Assembly: GCF_964355755.1 (NCBI RefSeq)
Contig: NC_092670.1
Span: 40,722,388 to 40,786,387, forward strand
DNA from: Antedon mediterranea
Lineage: Eukaryota > Animalia > Echinodermata
Direction of reading: 5' to 3'
Length of the DNA stretch: 64,000 nt
Shown: positions 1-11,162 of the stretch, one piece after another
Layout of the letters: every line of letters begins with the position of its first letter
Numbering within the stretch: the first letter of the stretch is position 1
Made by a program: the position numbers and the translations under genes
Notes under the pieces: model-generated
The model's database searches: none
What the model was told of the DNA's origin: nothing
What the model saw: the letters and a program-made list of their open reading frames with translations, nothing else

Positions 1-2
1 AT

Positions 3-1157
3 ATCACACCGGATGATCACATTATTAACATACCTACATCCAAGAATGTTGATGATAACGATAACAGACCTACATCCAAGAATTATGATATCACACCGGA
101 TGATCACATTAACATACCTACATCCAAGAACGATGATATCACACTGGATAATCACGATAACATACCTACATTAGACAATGATAATGTCGCACCGGATGAT
201 GACCATGACAACAGTAGGCCTGTATCTGATAGTGATGTGGTATACCTCAACACGAAAACTTCAAGAAAGTTATTCTTTCCTGTCGATGCCAATTGGCAGC
301 TTGAAAAGGCAGCACCATTTGGTATCAATGTCAAAAATTTTCACAAAACTCACTTAAAATGTGAAATGGACAAGGCAGCCAGGCCTACTAAAGTTGTTAA
401 TATGAGAGGGGACGGCAACTGTCTTTTTAGGGCTTTGAGTTATATTCTCTTTGGTGTCCAGAACTACCATGTAGTTGTACGGGATTACATACTAAACTAT
501 ATGTCCATGAACAAAAACCTATTTGAAAAAATTGAATCCAGATCATTTGAACGATACGTGGAAGACACGAGAATGGGGGAATATGGGACATGGGGTTCGG
601 ACATCGAAATCATGGCATTTGCGACCATGTCAAATACGAATGTTTATGTTTACAGTAAATATGGAAGAAGGAAAGGGCTTCCACATTATGAATGGTTGAA
701 ATATGCACCAATAAGTAATCAGTTTGGTGATTTAGTATCTGAAAGAAACATCTACCTATCAAACTTATGTGCACACTTTGAGCCTGTCCTGGATGTAGAC
801 AAGAAAACTTATGACGCTGAATTAAAATACACTCGTACACCATACGCACCAATCAAAAACCACCTTGCACGGAAATACTGGGATATTGTATCCGATGTGA
901 CCCTCAATGCTGCTCTGGTAGATAATTACGAAGATGAAGCGGTAATGCGTTCCGAAGGCATTATGGACGTTATATACGTATCTGAATTCACGGACACACA
1001 TTATGACATTGAAGCAGTCAACCATCTAAAAGATGATATCGATCCAAATATATTCAATTTGCTTTGTGACATGGAACATTTCCCGGAAAGGATTCATCAG
1101 AGCAACAATGAAGTACCTGGACAATTATATGTTGATTCATACAACGTCACTCTTTAA
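3..1157 (+). CDS. OTU-family cysteine protease/deubiquitinase ORF, 5'-truncated by the window edge, intronless, probably mobile-element encoded
   Basis: Frame is open from base 3, upstream of the listed GTG at 237, and encodes acidic repeats (ITPDDHINIPTSKND-like). OTU motifs follow: MRGDGNCLFRALSY (catalytic D..C), WGSDIEIMAFA, and IYLSNLCAHFEPV (catalytic H). Stop at 1155-1157. Confidence 0.8.
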   Translation: MTPDDHIINIPTSKNVDDNDNRPTSKNYDITPDDHINIPTSKNDDITLDNHDNIPTLDNDNVAPDDDHDNSRPVSDSDVVYLNTKTSRKLFFPVDANWQLEKAAPFGINVKNFHKTHLKCEMDKAARPTKVVNMRGDGNCLFRALSYILFGVQNYHVVVRDYILNYMSMNKNLFEKIESRSFERYVEDTRMGEYGTWGSDIEIMAFATMSNTNVYVYSKYGRRKGLPHYEWLKYAPISNQFGDLVSERNIYLSNLCAHFEPVLDVDKKTYDAELKYTRTPYAPIKNHLARKYWDIVSDVTLNAALVDNYEDEAVMRSEGIMDVIYVSEFTDTHYDIEAVNHLKDDIDPNIFNLLCDMEHFPERIHQSNNEVPGQLYVDSYNVTL

Positions 1158-1271
1158 CTGTAGGCCTACCTATGACCGGTAATCTCAACATACACAGAAG
1201 CATTAAATGGTGAAAAGGGTATTTGTTTACCTTATAGAGGTAAGTTTCGTTAATGCTTTGATTTTTTACAG

Positions 1272-1552
1272 GTGCTTCCGTCAAGAGGAGATTGTCGGCT
1301 TTGTCTGAAACTCATCGACGAAGAAATACCAATTGCATTTGTCGGACCAGAAAGAAGAACATAGATTCACCACAGCGGCTAATTAAAGCGTCACCATCTT
1401 TCATTGAATCAACGGAAGACGAATATCTGAGCATAAGTACGTCAAAGGCTCAAGGGGTCTAATGGCAGGTAACAACAGATCAAATACAGTGTGTCCAGTG
1501 TAAACATGCAATGATGTGTCATGCGCCCTGCTTTGATCGCTACAAGGATTAA
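1272..1552 (+). pseudogene. Disrupted Cys-rich remnant resembling a piggyBac-type C-terminal zinc ribbon
   Basis: After an acceptor-like TTTTTTACAG, one frame reads RGDCRLC. Another frame reads QCVQCKHAMMCHAPCFDRYKD* (from about 1487), similar to CxxC...CxxC-x4-5-C-x2-PCF-x2-Y. Stops and a frameshift separate the parts. Confidence 0.3.
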
Positions 1553-1794
1553 AAAATTAATTAAAAAGCAGATTGTATAAAAGAATAACGCGACTAAAGG
1601 TCCGGTAAGGTAAAAGTACGTGAATTAGATTGTAACTAGTGTTTATTTTTATTGTATTTTTATGTTTAAAAAACTTTTTCATATTTACAACTCATATGAT
1701 TCTGTTTCATAATGTTATGCAATTTTCTTCTATAATATGTTTTCTTTGGTCAAAGGGGCACATACAAACGTGCAACCTACCCTCGCTATGATCA

Positions 1795-1850
1795 TCAACC
1801 TTGACGTGGTAGCGAGGCTTGCGTGCTTCCAATGTATTGGTAGCCAGACC
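1795..1850 (+). mobile_element. Short fragment resembling the 5' UTR motif of RTE-clade LINEs
   Basis: ACCTTGACGTGGTAGCGAGGCTTGCGTGCTTCCAATG resembles the CCTTGTCGTGGT..GGGCTTGCGT..CAATGA motif I recall from RTE/BovB 5' ends. Not verified by alignment. Confidence 0.3.
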
Positions 1851-2296
1851 AATGATGATCAATAACAAAGTAAAATAAATACAAACACACTTACTGAAAC
1901 AAGTTTTAATAGCAATAAATAAATAAATAAATAAATATTTTTCTGTAACTATTGTTCATTATTATTACACTATTATTATTTTATCCTGTTAATATAAGTA
2001 ATGATCAATGATATATAATTTATGTTTACAAAACTCGTTCATATTTACAACTCATTCTGACAAGATAACAACATTTAATATTTTTGTAATTCACAATTCA
2101 TACATTTATTTGTAATGTATTCATGAATTTGCTTTTCCTTCATCCAATCTACATAGTAGATATATGAAACTATTGTTCTAACCACGTGACTATGTAGCAT
2201 AGAACATTAATTCTAAACCGCCCGGTAATATACTGAAATTTAATTAATTAATTTGAAACGATAAAGATGAGGAAATCTGTGAGAATGAGTTAAAGT

Positions 2297-2368
2297 CGCC
2301 CCAACCGAGACTCGAACTCGGACCGCCTGCTTGATATGCAGATGTCCTAACCGTTAGACCACTGGGGC
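2297..2368 (-). tRNA. tRNA-like gene (72 nt), anticodon ATC (Asp-like, non-standard); functional status unknown
   Basis: Minus strand: acceptor GCCCCAG/TTGGGGC, D arm GTCT-AACGGTTA-GGAC, anticodon arm TCTGC-ATATCAA-GCAGG, variable CGGT, T arm CCGAG-TTCGAGT-CTCGG, discriminator G. A and B boxes intact; A at position 32 is atypical. Confidence 0.6.
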
Positions 2369-2562
2369 TTTCACGGTTCGAACTCGATTGGATAGCGACT
2401 CTTTAACATTCTCGGCGTGGTACGGCGGAACAGCACTAGTCCTCAGTTGTAAACACAACAGGCATAGAAATAAATTCCAAACCGCCCGGTGATACACTGA
2501 AAATGATTTAATTAATTTTTGAAACGATAAAGATGAGGAAATCTGAGAGAATGAGAAAAAGT

Positions 2563-2634
2563 CGCCCCAACCGAGGCTCGAACTCGGACCGTCGGCTTGA
2601 TATGCAGTTGCCCTAACCATTAGACCACTGGGGC
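2563..2634 (-). pseudogene. Second tRNA-like copy with a broken anticodon stem
   Basis: Same acceptor stem, T stem and ATATCAA loop as 2297-2368. Anticodon stem ACTGC/GCCGA has two mismatches. Followed by TTTTT (Pol III terminator-like). Confidence 0.6.
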
Positions 2635-2708
2635 TTTCATGGTATTGTTCTTTAACTCGACCGGATAACGACCCTTTAACATTCTCGGCGTGGTACGGTT
2701 GGAACACA

Positions 2709-2711
<3 letters not shown>

Positions 2712-2743
<32 letters not shown>

Positions 2744-2854
2744 CAGTAACAAGTGTACATTATTGTAAATATAACAAATACATATATATTATATATATAT
2801 ATATATATATGTATATGTATTTGTTATATTTACAATAATGTACACTTGTTACTG
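2712..2854. repeat. (TA)n microsatellite plus a perfect ~43-bp inverted repeat enclosing a second (TA)n tract
   Basis: CAGTAACAAGTGTACATTATTGTAAATATAACAAATACATATA from 2744 is the exact reverse complement of the sequence ending at 2854. Confidence 0.9.
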
Positions 2855-3593
2855 AACTATGGAGTATTTTTTTTTTCCGAAATAAAAGAAGAATGAATGA
2901 ATGAATTTATTTTCAATCTTTCTACATAACAACAAATATATAGTATAACAGGGGAGTAGCGGAAAAGCAAAAGTAAAGTAAATTTGAACCAGCCAAACAT
3001 GTATGAAACATTATCCAGTAAGCACATTTTATAAGAAGCTTTTGTTTATTAAAATGGGTTTCTCTGAAATTCCAGAAGTTTATTAAACATTGAAAATAAC
3101 ACAATCGCCTTTAAACAAAATGCTGTTCAAAAAAAGAATCGGTTGAAGCAAGCGTTCTTATAACATCCGATAAAATGAAGGTTCAATAAAGTAGCCCTAT
3201 TAACAAATGTATGAGGTCTCAGGCCTATCCCATATTAATTATTTTTATAGATACATTAATTTTAAGATTCCAGATACCGAATTGTTGTTTTTTTACATAA
3301 CAAGTCATTTTTTCTTTGAATATAAATTCTGATTTAAGGACAAAATACTAAAATAAATACTTACACCAAAGGTGCATAAAAACGTGTTGATGTGGCGCTA
3401 TATCGATGTCATTATCTTTGCATTCACCCTAGACGCACATAGTGTGACACCCCTACCATATTCTCGATGTGACGATCAATGTACCAATTAACATAATACT
3501 TCAGTAAAACTGATTATGTTTTTTCAAGAGATCAGCTATATCGTGTTGATTATAAAAAGGTGCAACTTTTAATTGATTGGGGATTAAACAAGT

Positions 3594-6327
3594 AAACTAT
3601 TTATTCTTCTTGTCTTTACTCGTACAAAATAATATAACGGTCGCTAATTGGAAGTGTTTTAAAGTAAAGTGATCTTTCATTGGAAGAGGACCAGTACAAT
3701 TACTTGTTTTTTATCACATGAATAAAATCTATTTATTCTTCTTGTCTGTACTCATACAAAATAATATAACGGTCGCTAAATGGAAGTGTCTTACAGTAAA
3801 GTGACCTTTAATTGGAAGAGGACCAGTACAATTACTTATTTTTTATCACATGATTAAAATCTATTTATTCTTCTTGTCTGTACTCATACAAAATAATATA
3901 ACGGTCGCTAATTGGAAGTGTCTTAAAGTAAAGTGATCTTTAATTGGAAGAGGACCAGTACAATTACTTGTTTTTTATCACATGATTAAAATCTATTTAT
4001 TCTTCTTGTCTGTACTCATACAAAATAATATAACGGTCGCTAAATGGAAGTGTCTTACAGTAAAGTGACCTTTAATTGGAAGAGGACCAGTACAATTACT
4101 TATTTTTTATCACATGATTAAAATCTATTTATTCTTCTTGTCTGTACTCATACAAAATAATATAACGGTCGCTAATTGGAAGTGTCTTAAAGTAAAGTGA
4201 TCTTTAATTGGAAGAGGACCAGTACAATTACTTGTTTTTTATCACATGATTAAAATCTATTTATTCTTCTTGTCTGTACTCATACAAAATAATATAACGG
4301 TCGCTAATTGGAAGTGTCTTAAAGTAAAGTGATCTTTCATTGGAAGAGGACCAGTACAATTACTTGTTTTTTATCACATGATTAAAATCTATTTATTCTT
4401 CTAATTGTCTGTACTCATACAAAATAATATAACGGTCGCTAATTGGAGGTGTCTTACAGTAAAGTGACCTTTAATTGGAAGAGGACCAGTACAATTACTT
4501 ATTTTATATCACATGATTATAAACTATTTATGCTTCTTGTTTTTATTCATAAAAAATAATATAACGGTCGCTAATTGGAAGTGTCTTAAAGTAAAGTGAT
4601 CTTTCATTGGAAGAGGACCAGTACAATTACTTGTTTTTTATCACATGATTAAAATCTATTTATTCTTCTTGTCTGTACTCATACAAAGTAATATAACGGT
4701 CGCTAATTGGAAGTGTCTTACAGTAAAGTGACCTTTAATTGGAAGAGTACCCGTACAATTACTTATTTTATATCACATGATTATAAACTATTTATTATTC
4801 TTGTCTTTATTCATACAAAATAATATAACGGTCGCTAAATGGAAGTTTCTTGAAGTAAAGTGACCTTTAATTGGAAGAGGACCAGTACAATTACTTATTT
4901 TTTATCACCTGATTAAAATCTATTTATTATTCTTGTCTGTACTCATACAAAATAATATAACGGTCGCTAATTGGAAGTGTCTTAAAGTAAAGTGATCTTT
5001 AATTGGAAGAGGACCAGTACAATTACTTGTTTTTTTATCACATGATTAAAATCTATTTATTCTTATTGTCTGTACTCATACAAAATAATATAACGGTCGC
5101 TAAATGGAAGTGTCTTAAAGTAAAGTGATCTTTCATTGGAAGAGGACCAGTACAATTACTTGTTTTTTATTACATGATTAAAATCTATTTATTCTTCTAA
5201 TTGTCTGTACTCATACAAAATAATATAACGGTCGCTAATTGGAAGTGTCTTAAAGTAAAGTGATCTTTAATTGGAAGAAGACCAGTACAATTACTTATTT
5301 TATATCACATGATTATAAACTATTTATGCTTCATGTTTTTATTCATAAAAAATAATATAACGGTCGCTAATTGGAAGTGTCTTAAAGTAAAGTGATCTTT
5401 CATTGGAAGAGGACCAGTACAATTACTTGTTTTTTATCACATGATTAAAATCTATTTATTCTTCTTGTCTGTACTCATACAAAATAATATAACGGTCGCT
5501 AATTGGAAGTGTCTTACAGTAAAGTGACCTTTAATTGGAAGAGGACCAGTACAATTACTTGTTTTTTATCACATGATTAAAATCTATTTATTCTTCTTGT
5601 CTGTACTCATACAAAACAATATAACGGTCGCTAATTGGAAGTGTCTTAAAGTAAAGTGATCTTTAATTGAAAGAGGACCAGTACAATTACTTGTTTTTTT
5701 GTCATATGATTAAAATCTATTTATTATTCTTGCCTTTATTCATACAAAATAATATAACGGTCGCTAATTGGAAGTGTTTAAATTAAAGTGATCTTTAATT
5801 GGAAGAGGACCAGTACAATTACTTGTTTTTTATCACATGATTAAAATCTATTTATTCTTCTTGTTTCTATTCATACAAAACAATAATAACGGTCGCTAAT
5901 TGGAAGTGTTTAAATTTAAGTGATCTTTAATTGGAAGAGGACCAGTACAATTACTTGTTTTTTATCACATGATTATAAACTATTTATTATTCTTGTCTTT
6001 ACTCATACAAAATAATAAAACGGTCGCTAATTGGAAGTGTTTAATTTTAAGTGATCTTTAATTGGAAGAGGACCAGTACAATTACTTGTTTTTTGTCACA
6101 TGATTAAAAACTATTATTACTCTTGTCTTTACTCATACAAAACAATAAAAATGGTCGCTAATTGGAAGTGTCTAAACTAAAGTGTTCTTTAATTGGAAGA
6201 GGACCAGTATAATTACTTGTTTTTATTACATGATTATTATTATATTGTTATTTATTCTTCTTGTCTTTATTCATACCAAATAATATAATGGTCGCTAATT
6301 GGAGGTGTTTTAAGCCAAGTTATCTTT
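3594..6327. repeat. 132-bp tandem satellite, about 20-21 copies
   Basis: ACGGTCGCTAA recurs at 3637, 3769, 3901 and onward (132-bp period). Copies diverge more at the right end. Confidence 0.97.
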
Positions 6328-6771
6328 GAAAAATAAAAACTAGTTTGGCATTATTAACAAATAGTGGTCGTTAAAAAAAGACAAGTGCATGCGCAATCAC
6401 GATCAAAACCTGAATCTCAAATCTCAACCACGGACGGTATTCAATCCAAGGGTCAGACATTATTAAACGCGCCGGACAGCATTAAATTGTTGGAAAACGC
6501 CCGCGAACCCGTTGAAACATGCAATTGGACACTATCCAATGCTGAAAAGTGTCCACCCGGACACTTTTGAATGATGGACACATTTCAATCTTACACCGGC
6601 GCGCCCAATGTACGCCCACGCAGTTACAATGCTTGCTTCCTCTATTCCAATGATTTATGACATTAGGGGTCACAAAGTTTTCCAAGCGTAACTTTATATG
6701 GGATCCCATTGAACGCTACGACCTCGTAATCCTTTCTATTTAATCACAAAGCGAGTCACACTGGGGATTTT

Positions 6772-6785
6772 GTTGTCCTAACAAC
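6772..6785. promoter_or_regulatory. Candidate RFX X-box upstream of the C7orf78-like gene
   Basis: GTTGTCCTAACAAC is an imperfect palindrome with one mismatch to RTHNYY-WT-RRNRAC, upstream of a probable 5' exon (donor near 6998). Confidence 0.35.
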
Positions 6786-7470
6786 ACCAACACAAAAGGG
6801 TTTGGTATCAATATACAACTTAGCACACTGTGTTTGTGTGTGGGTATCAGCACCGTCATCAGGAAACGAAGTTAAAGTTTTGTAATATCAAGAAAATAAA
6901 CCAATTTTACCTTGGAATTTTAAGGCATATACAACAATTACAGTCTTTGAGGAGGATACGGCAGTCACAAGAGAAGAATTCGACGACCCAGACGTTGGTA
7001 TGTGACTCAACTCAACTAGAGAAAGGTAAAGTGTATATAACTTACCCATGTTGGGACCCGTTGTGAGTAGGCCCTATAGTAGGATTGTCCATAGATGATT
7101 CCTCCATAAATCAAGTCATGTTCAAGTATGTTTCAAATCAGAACATTCTTCATAAGCGTATATATATTAAACGCGTACGTGTTTCCATCATGGAGATGGT
7201 CCTAATTTTAGCGTAAACGTATAATCACATTAGGCTTCACGTATACGCAATCAAATGTTGAATTGTCCTTCTGAAACAAAAATAAGCCGTCTAGTATAAA
7301 GATATTATATATAGGCCAATATTATTATTTTTTTATTTAAACAAATAATCAATGAATCATGTCTACGCCTATATTGATAACCGGTTGCATGAAACAAAAA
7401 CTATATTCTTTCACACAAATTCCATTTTCTAGCTACAAGATCTCTGTTCAAACAAAGAAATGGAATATTT

Positions 7471-9863
7471 ATGACTGGACTCAACGAACCACCAATGGCA
7501 GAATCCAAGAAACCATTTTATCAGGACAAAGCTGGACAATATGCAAGCCATTCTGTTGACTTTAAGTCTCAAAACGAATTTAAAGCTAATTCTAAGCTAT
7601 GCTTAACACGCAGTGAAAAATATAATATACAAAAACCTGAAATAAATCGAGATATCTGGCAACGAAAACCTCCAGATTTCAGACCTCAAACTTATCGTCC
7701 AAAACCACCAAAAAGGAACACAAGGCTAAGCATGCAACCCTGGAAGTATGGCACGTTTCCTGGGACAAATAAACCTCAACAAACCACGGTAGAGAGTTAC
7801 GAATTGAAGCTTCCAAAACTATTGCAACCAGAACGTCCGAAAAGTGGTCAGTTAATCAATACATTTAAAATAATAGATTCGAATGAATCAAAGAAATTGT
7901 TCGTAAAAGAAGGAATGCATCTAAAAGGAACATACAAGATGCCAGAAAAGCATGACTTCCGAGCAGTAAGTACTTACTTAGTTCCTAACAATTAAACACC
8001 AGGGGCGGATTGCTATAAGCGGTCTATAACCGGTCTTAGCGCTTAGCCGGCTATAATTCGTGACGTAGCAAGTAGTCTATTAGTCTAGTATATTATAGAC
8101 CATTGCATGCTATACCGCGGTCTAACCTGTAAACGGTCTTTAAAATTAAAGCCTACTCGAAGGAGTCTTAAAACAGTCTTAAACCTCTCTTTTTGTTGCT
8201 TTTACGTATTATTTATCGTCAAAGACAACCAATTGAACGAGTTTTAAGTGTTAAATCAAATAATAACGGTGATTTTATTGTTATATAGGCCTAGAATGGA
8301 TTTTCTCGCGTAGAAATGTACGTACTGTTATGATTGTGAATTGAACAAGCATGACGAACATTACCTTATTTGGTATTCTACGCGCAAAGTACGCCCTCAA
8401 TTTGTTACTTTACGCGGTCTTATCTAAGACTGGTTTATAGCAATGGTCTATCAGGAGTGGCTTTAATAAGACCGTCTATCTGATAAAGCCGGCTTTAATC
8501 GGGGAGTTAAGACCATCAGTTAAGACTGTTTTATAGCAATCCACCCCTGTATACGCTTTATCGCAAATAGCGTGCGCGACGCATGGTTGGTAGGAAGGAT
8601 TTGGGAGCAAACGTCACGACGCGTACGTACGTGATTTGTTGTTTGTATGTACGCGTCGCGTGACGTTTGTTCCCAAATCCTCTCCATCATTACGTGCATT
8701 GTGCAAAGATCTAGCTAGCTATTTGCGATAAACCTTTATATTATTAAAATGGGACGTGATAACTTTCAGATTCAGAATATTATTATTTAAATATAATATT
8801 TGTGGTCTTTATTTTTCAGTACCCTCCGATATCGTCATTAGGTCTGTCAGAATTCCGGACAGATACGGAAAAGGATCCTTACAATTTGAAGTTTAAGTCA
8901 GCAAATAAAGACATAAGTAAGTACTAATCAACGCAATTACTGAGTATTACTGATTCATATCATTGAACCTCTCTCTGGACACGCACCACTTTGATTAATA
9001 CTTAATTTATAAACCTTTACAATTGAAATATGTTCTGTATTTTATTATCGTAGTTTACGGATTGGTGCAGCCGACATCAGAACTGTACATGGGACGACAG
9101 ATGGGTCGAGACCCACTGATACAAGGTCCAAAATGGGACTCTCAACTCATCTTACCTAAAGGATCATGGCCTACCCGATCAGCGGCATATTCGGTTAGTA
9201 TTTTATGCTATAAAGCTTGGTTCCCACTAGCGACGCAACACAAGGACGTAACGCAACGCAAATGAATTGACCAATCACAAGCGATGGCTTATTCGCTTGT
9301 GATTGCTAACCTGTCTATAACTTCGCTTGTCATTGGTTAAAACGCTTGCGTTGCGTTTACGTCCTTGCGTTACGTTATAGTAAGGACGTAAGCGTAACGC
9401 AAGACTGTCGCTTGCCATAGGTACGTCAACTCACTTGCGTTTCGCTTACCGTGTTGCGTTGCGTCCTAGTGTAAACCAATCTTAAGAATCAACTGTTAAT
9501 TGTCTGATCACACAGTAACTTGTATGTATATTGATTTGATAGTGCAATGCGATCAATAGTTTTACGTGATACCTTTATACGACTAAGCTAATTATTAATG
9601 GCTTGTATTTGTAATCACGATTATACTTCATAAATCGTTTATGATACGATATAAATATTTGTTTGTGTTTGTTTTTCCAGCGTTACCGGCCAAAGAATCG
9701 ATCACCATCCGTGGCTTTGATGGATCGTATTGAAGAGTCATTGAACAGTCGGTGGTCAGAGGAAACAAGAGAAAGGGAAGCAAGAAGAAAAGAAAGGGAA
9801 CAGATTGAAAAGGAAAGAAGGTTTCGGCAAGAAATACAGAAAGAAATGGCAGCGATGAGGTGA
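7471..9863 (+). CDS. Uncharacterised conserved protein of ~304 aa, resembling C7orf78-like proteins; 4 coding exons
   Basis: Exons 7471-7965, 8820-8916, 9054-9193, 9681-9863 join in frame via GT-AG (phases 0,1,0). Motifs DIWQRKPPDF, KHDFR, EKDPYNLKFK, PKWDSQLILPK. An acceptor at 7432 implies a further upstream exon. Gene structure is solid; the family name is from memory. Confidence 0.75.
8003..8546. mobile_element. Non-autonomous TIR element, probably PIF/Harbinger
   Basis: TIRs GGGCGGATTGCTATAA / TTATAGCAATCCACCC flanked by CAG and CTG. Left flank AAACACCAG resembles the AAACACCWG half of a Harbinger target preference. Lies in an intron. Confidence 0.7.
8556..8735. mobile_element. Palindromic MITE-like element
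   Basis: TTTATCGCAAATAGC / GCTATTTGCGATAAA ends; inner arms GGATTTGGGAGCAAACGTCACG / CGTGACGTTTGTTCCCAAATCC. Confidence 0.65.
9214..9482. mobile_element. MITE family A (Tourist/Harbinger-like), composite copy
   Basis: Starts AGCTTGGTTCCCACTAG; degenerate right TIR CTAGTGTAAACCAATCT; TAA on both sides. More degenerate relatives near 9918-10070 and 10440-10555. Confidence 0.8.
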
Positions 9864-11044
9864 CACATTGAATGTGAAATCATATTTATGGTTAAACGTG
9901 ATGATGCTAACTAAACGTAGCCTGGGTTTCCACTTTGGACACAACGCAGTGGCGTGTACGCGTACGCGAAGTGAGTTGGTTGACCAATCACAATCATCGC
10001 GTCGTAATATTGGGCAATGACTTGCGTTGCACTTACGTCACTGCGTTGCGCGCGCCTTAATTGGAAAGCCTAATATTCATTCCTGTTATATGTTATTTAC
10101 ATTATATTATCAACATCAATATTGACTGTCTACTAGAAATAGTTTGGGTAAATAAATAATACAATGTACGTCTTCGTGTTTGCTGACGTTACCATAATAA
10201 CACCACGCTTTCACATTTACAGTACAAAAAAATAAGAAAATTATAAAACTATCCCCATATTATAAAATTAAAGTCAATAAACGTTGTATGAGTTGATTCT
10301 GGTCACTGATTAATTTACTACCTTAAAATAGTATTGATTGTATGTTGGAGTTATCATGTATTAAAATAAGATTGCAAACGACACGAAGTCGATTCTCAAA
10401 TGCTCTAAATTCACACGACACCACTTGAGATTCATTTCTAAAGCATCCCATTAGCGAGGCAACGTAAGTGAATCACAAGCGAAGGATTATTTTGGTCAAC
10501 TCGCTTGCGTTACGTGTACGTTCTTGCGTTACGTGTCTAGTGGAAACCACGCTTAAGTCCATAATGCAAAAAAAACACCTATAAATATTTTTAAATACAG
10601 ACACTTGAAAAAACATTCATTAAAACTAAACTATTTTGTATTTACTTTTATTTTACTATTATTTTATTAAAAGTATCATATCTATTACATGTCTGTTGAT
10701 ATCTTTATGTGTGAACAAAAATGCAAGCGCTGCATTCTGATGATCCATGTCGATCTGAAGATTCAACCAATCAGAGCACAGTGATTTTGTTTGCAGAGCA
10801 GACAATTAAAAAATAAGCGGTAAGGACCATGGAATGTGAATCTACGTGCAGCAAATAGGATGAAACATTTATATGACTCCTTATTTGTAAGTAAATCATT
10901 ATTTATGGAATATAAATTGGGAGGAATACAAGTATAACAACAAAAGCGTAAAACCTACCTACCATGAAGGTAATTTTATAGCCAACTTTGGAGGAAAAGG
11001 TGAAGGTATGTTCGTTTATAAAGCTAACCTAGCTAGGCCTAGCC

Positions 11045-11162
11045 TTACATGACGATCGGAGCCGTCACGGGCCCTGATATGTAATAGAAAAGGGACTTGG
11101 AGACCATCTCTCCTGGTGGATTTATGGAGGCCTATTTGGTTTGATTTGATACATTTGTCTGA
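11045..11162 (+). ncRNA. Candidate small structured RNA (snoRNA-like)
   Basis: Hairpin TTACAT..ATGTAA (11045-11084), H-box-like AGAAAA (11086), second hairpin AGACCA..TGGTTT, ACA at 11151. Also C-like ATGACGA (11049) and CTGA (11075, 11159). No target recognised. Confidence 0.2.

Larger units (their letters stand above)
2213..2706. repeat. Two diverged tandem copies of a ~266-bp unit, each containing a tRNA-like gene
   Basis: AAACCGCCCGGT...GAAACGATAAAGATGAGGAAATCTG...CTTTAACATTCTCGGCGTGGTACGG occurs twice. The tRNA-like parts are 266 bp apart. Confidence 0.9.

Noticed and set aside
2354-2752. 132-aa minus-strand ORF
   Set aside because: Runs through a (TA)n tract and the tRNA-like repeats; spurious.
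6886-6997. Upstream coding exon for the C7orf78-like gene (FEEDTAVTREEFDDPDV, phase-compatible with the 7433 acceptor)
   Set aside because: No in-frame ATG after the TAA at 6883; treated as probable 5' UTR pending transcript data.
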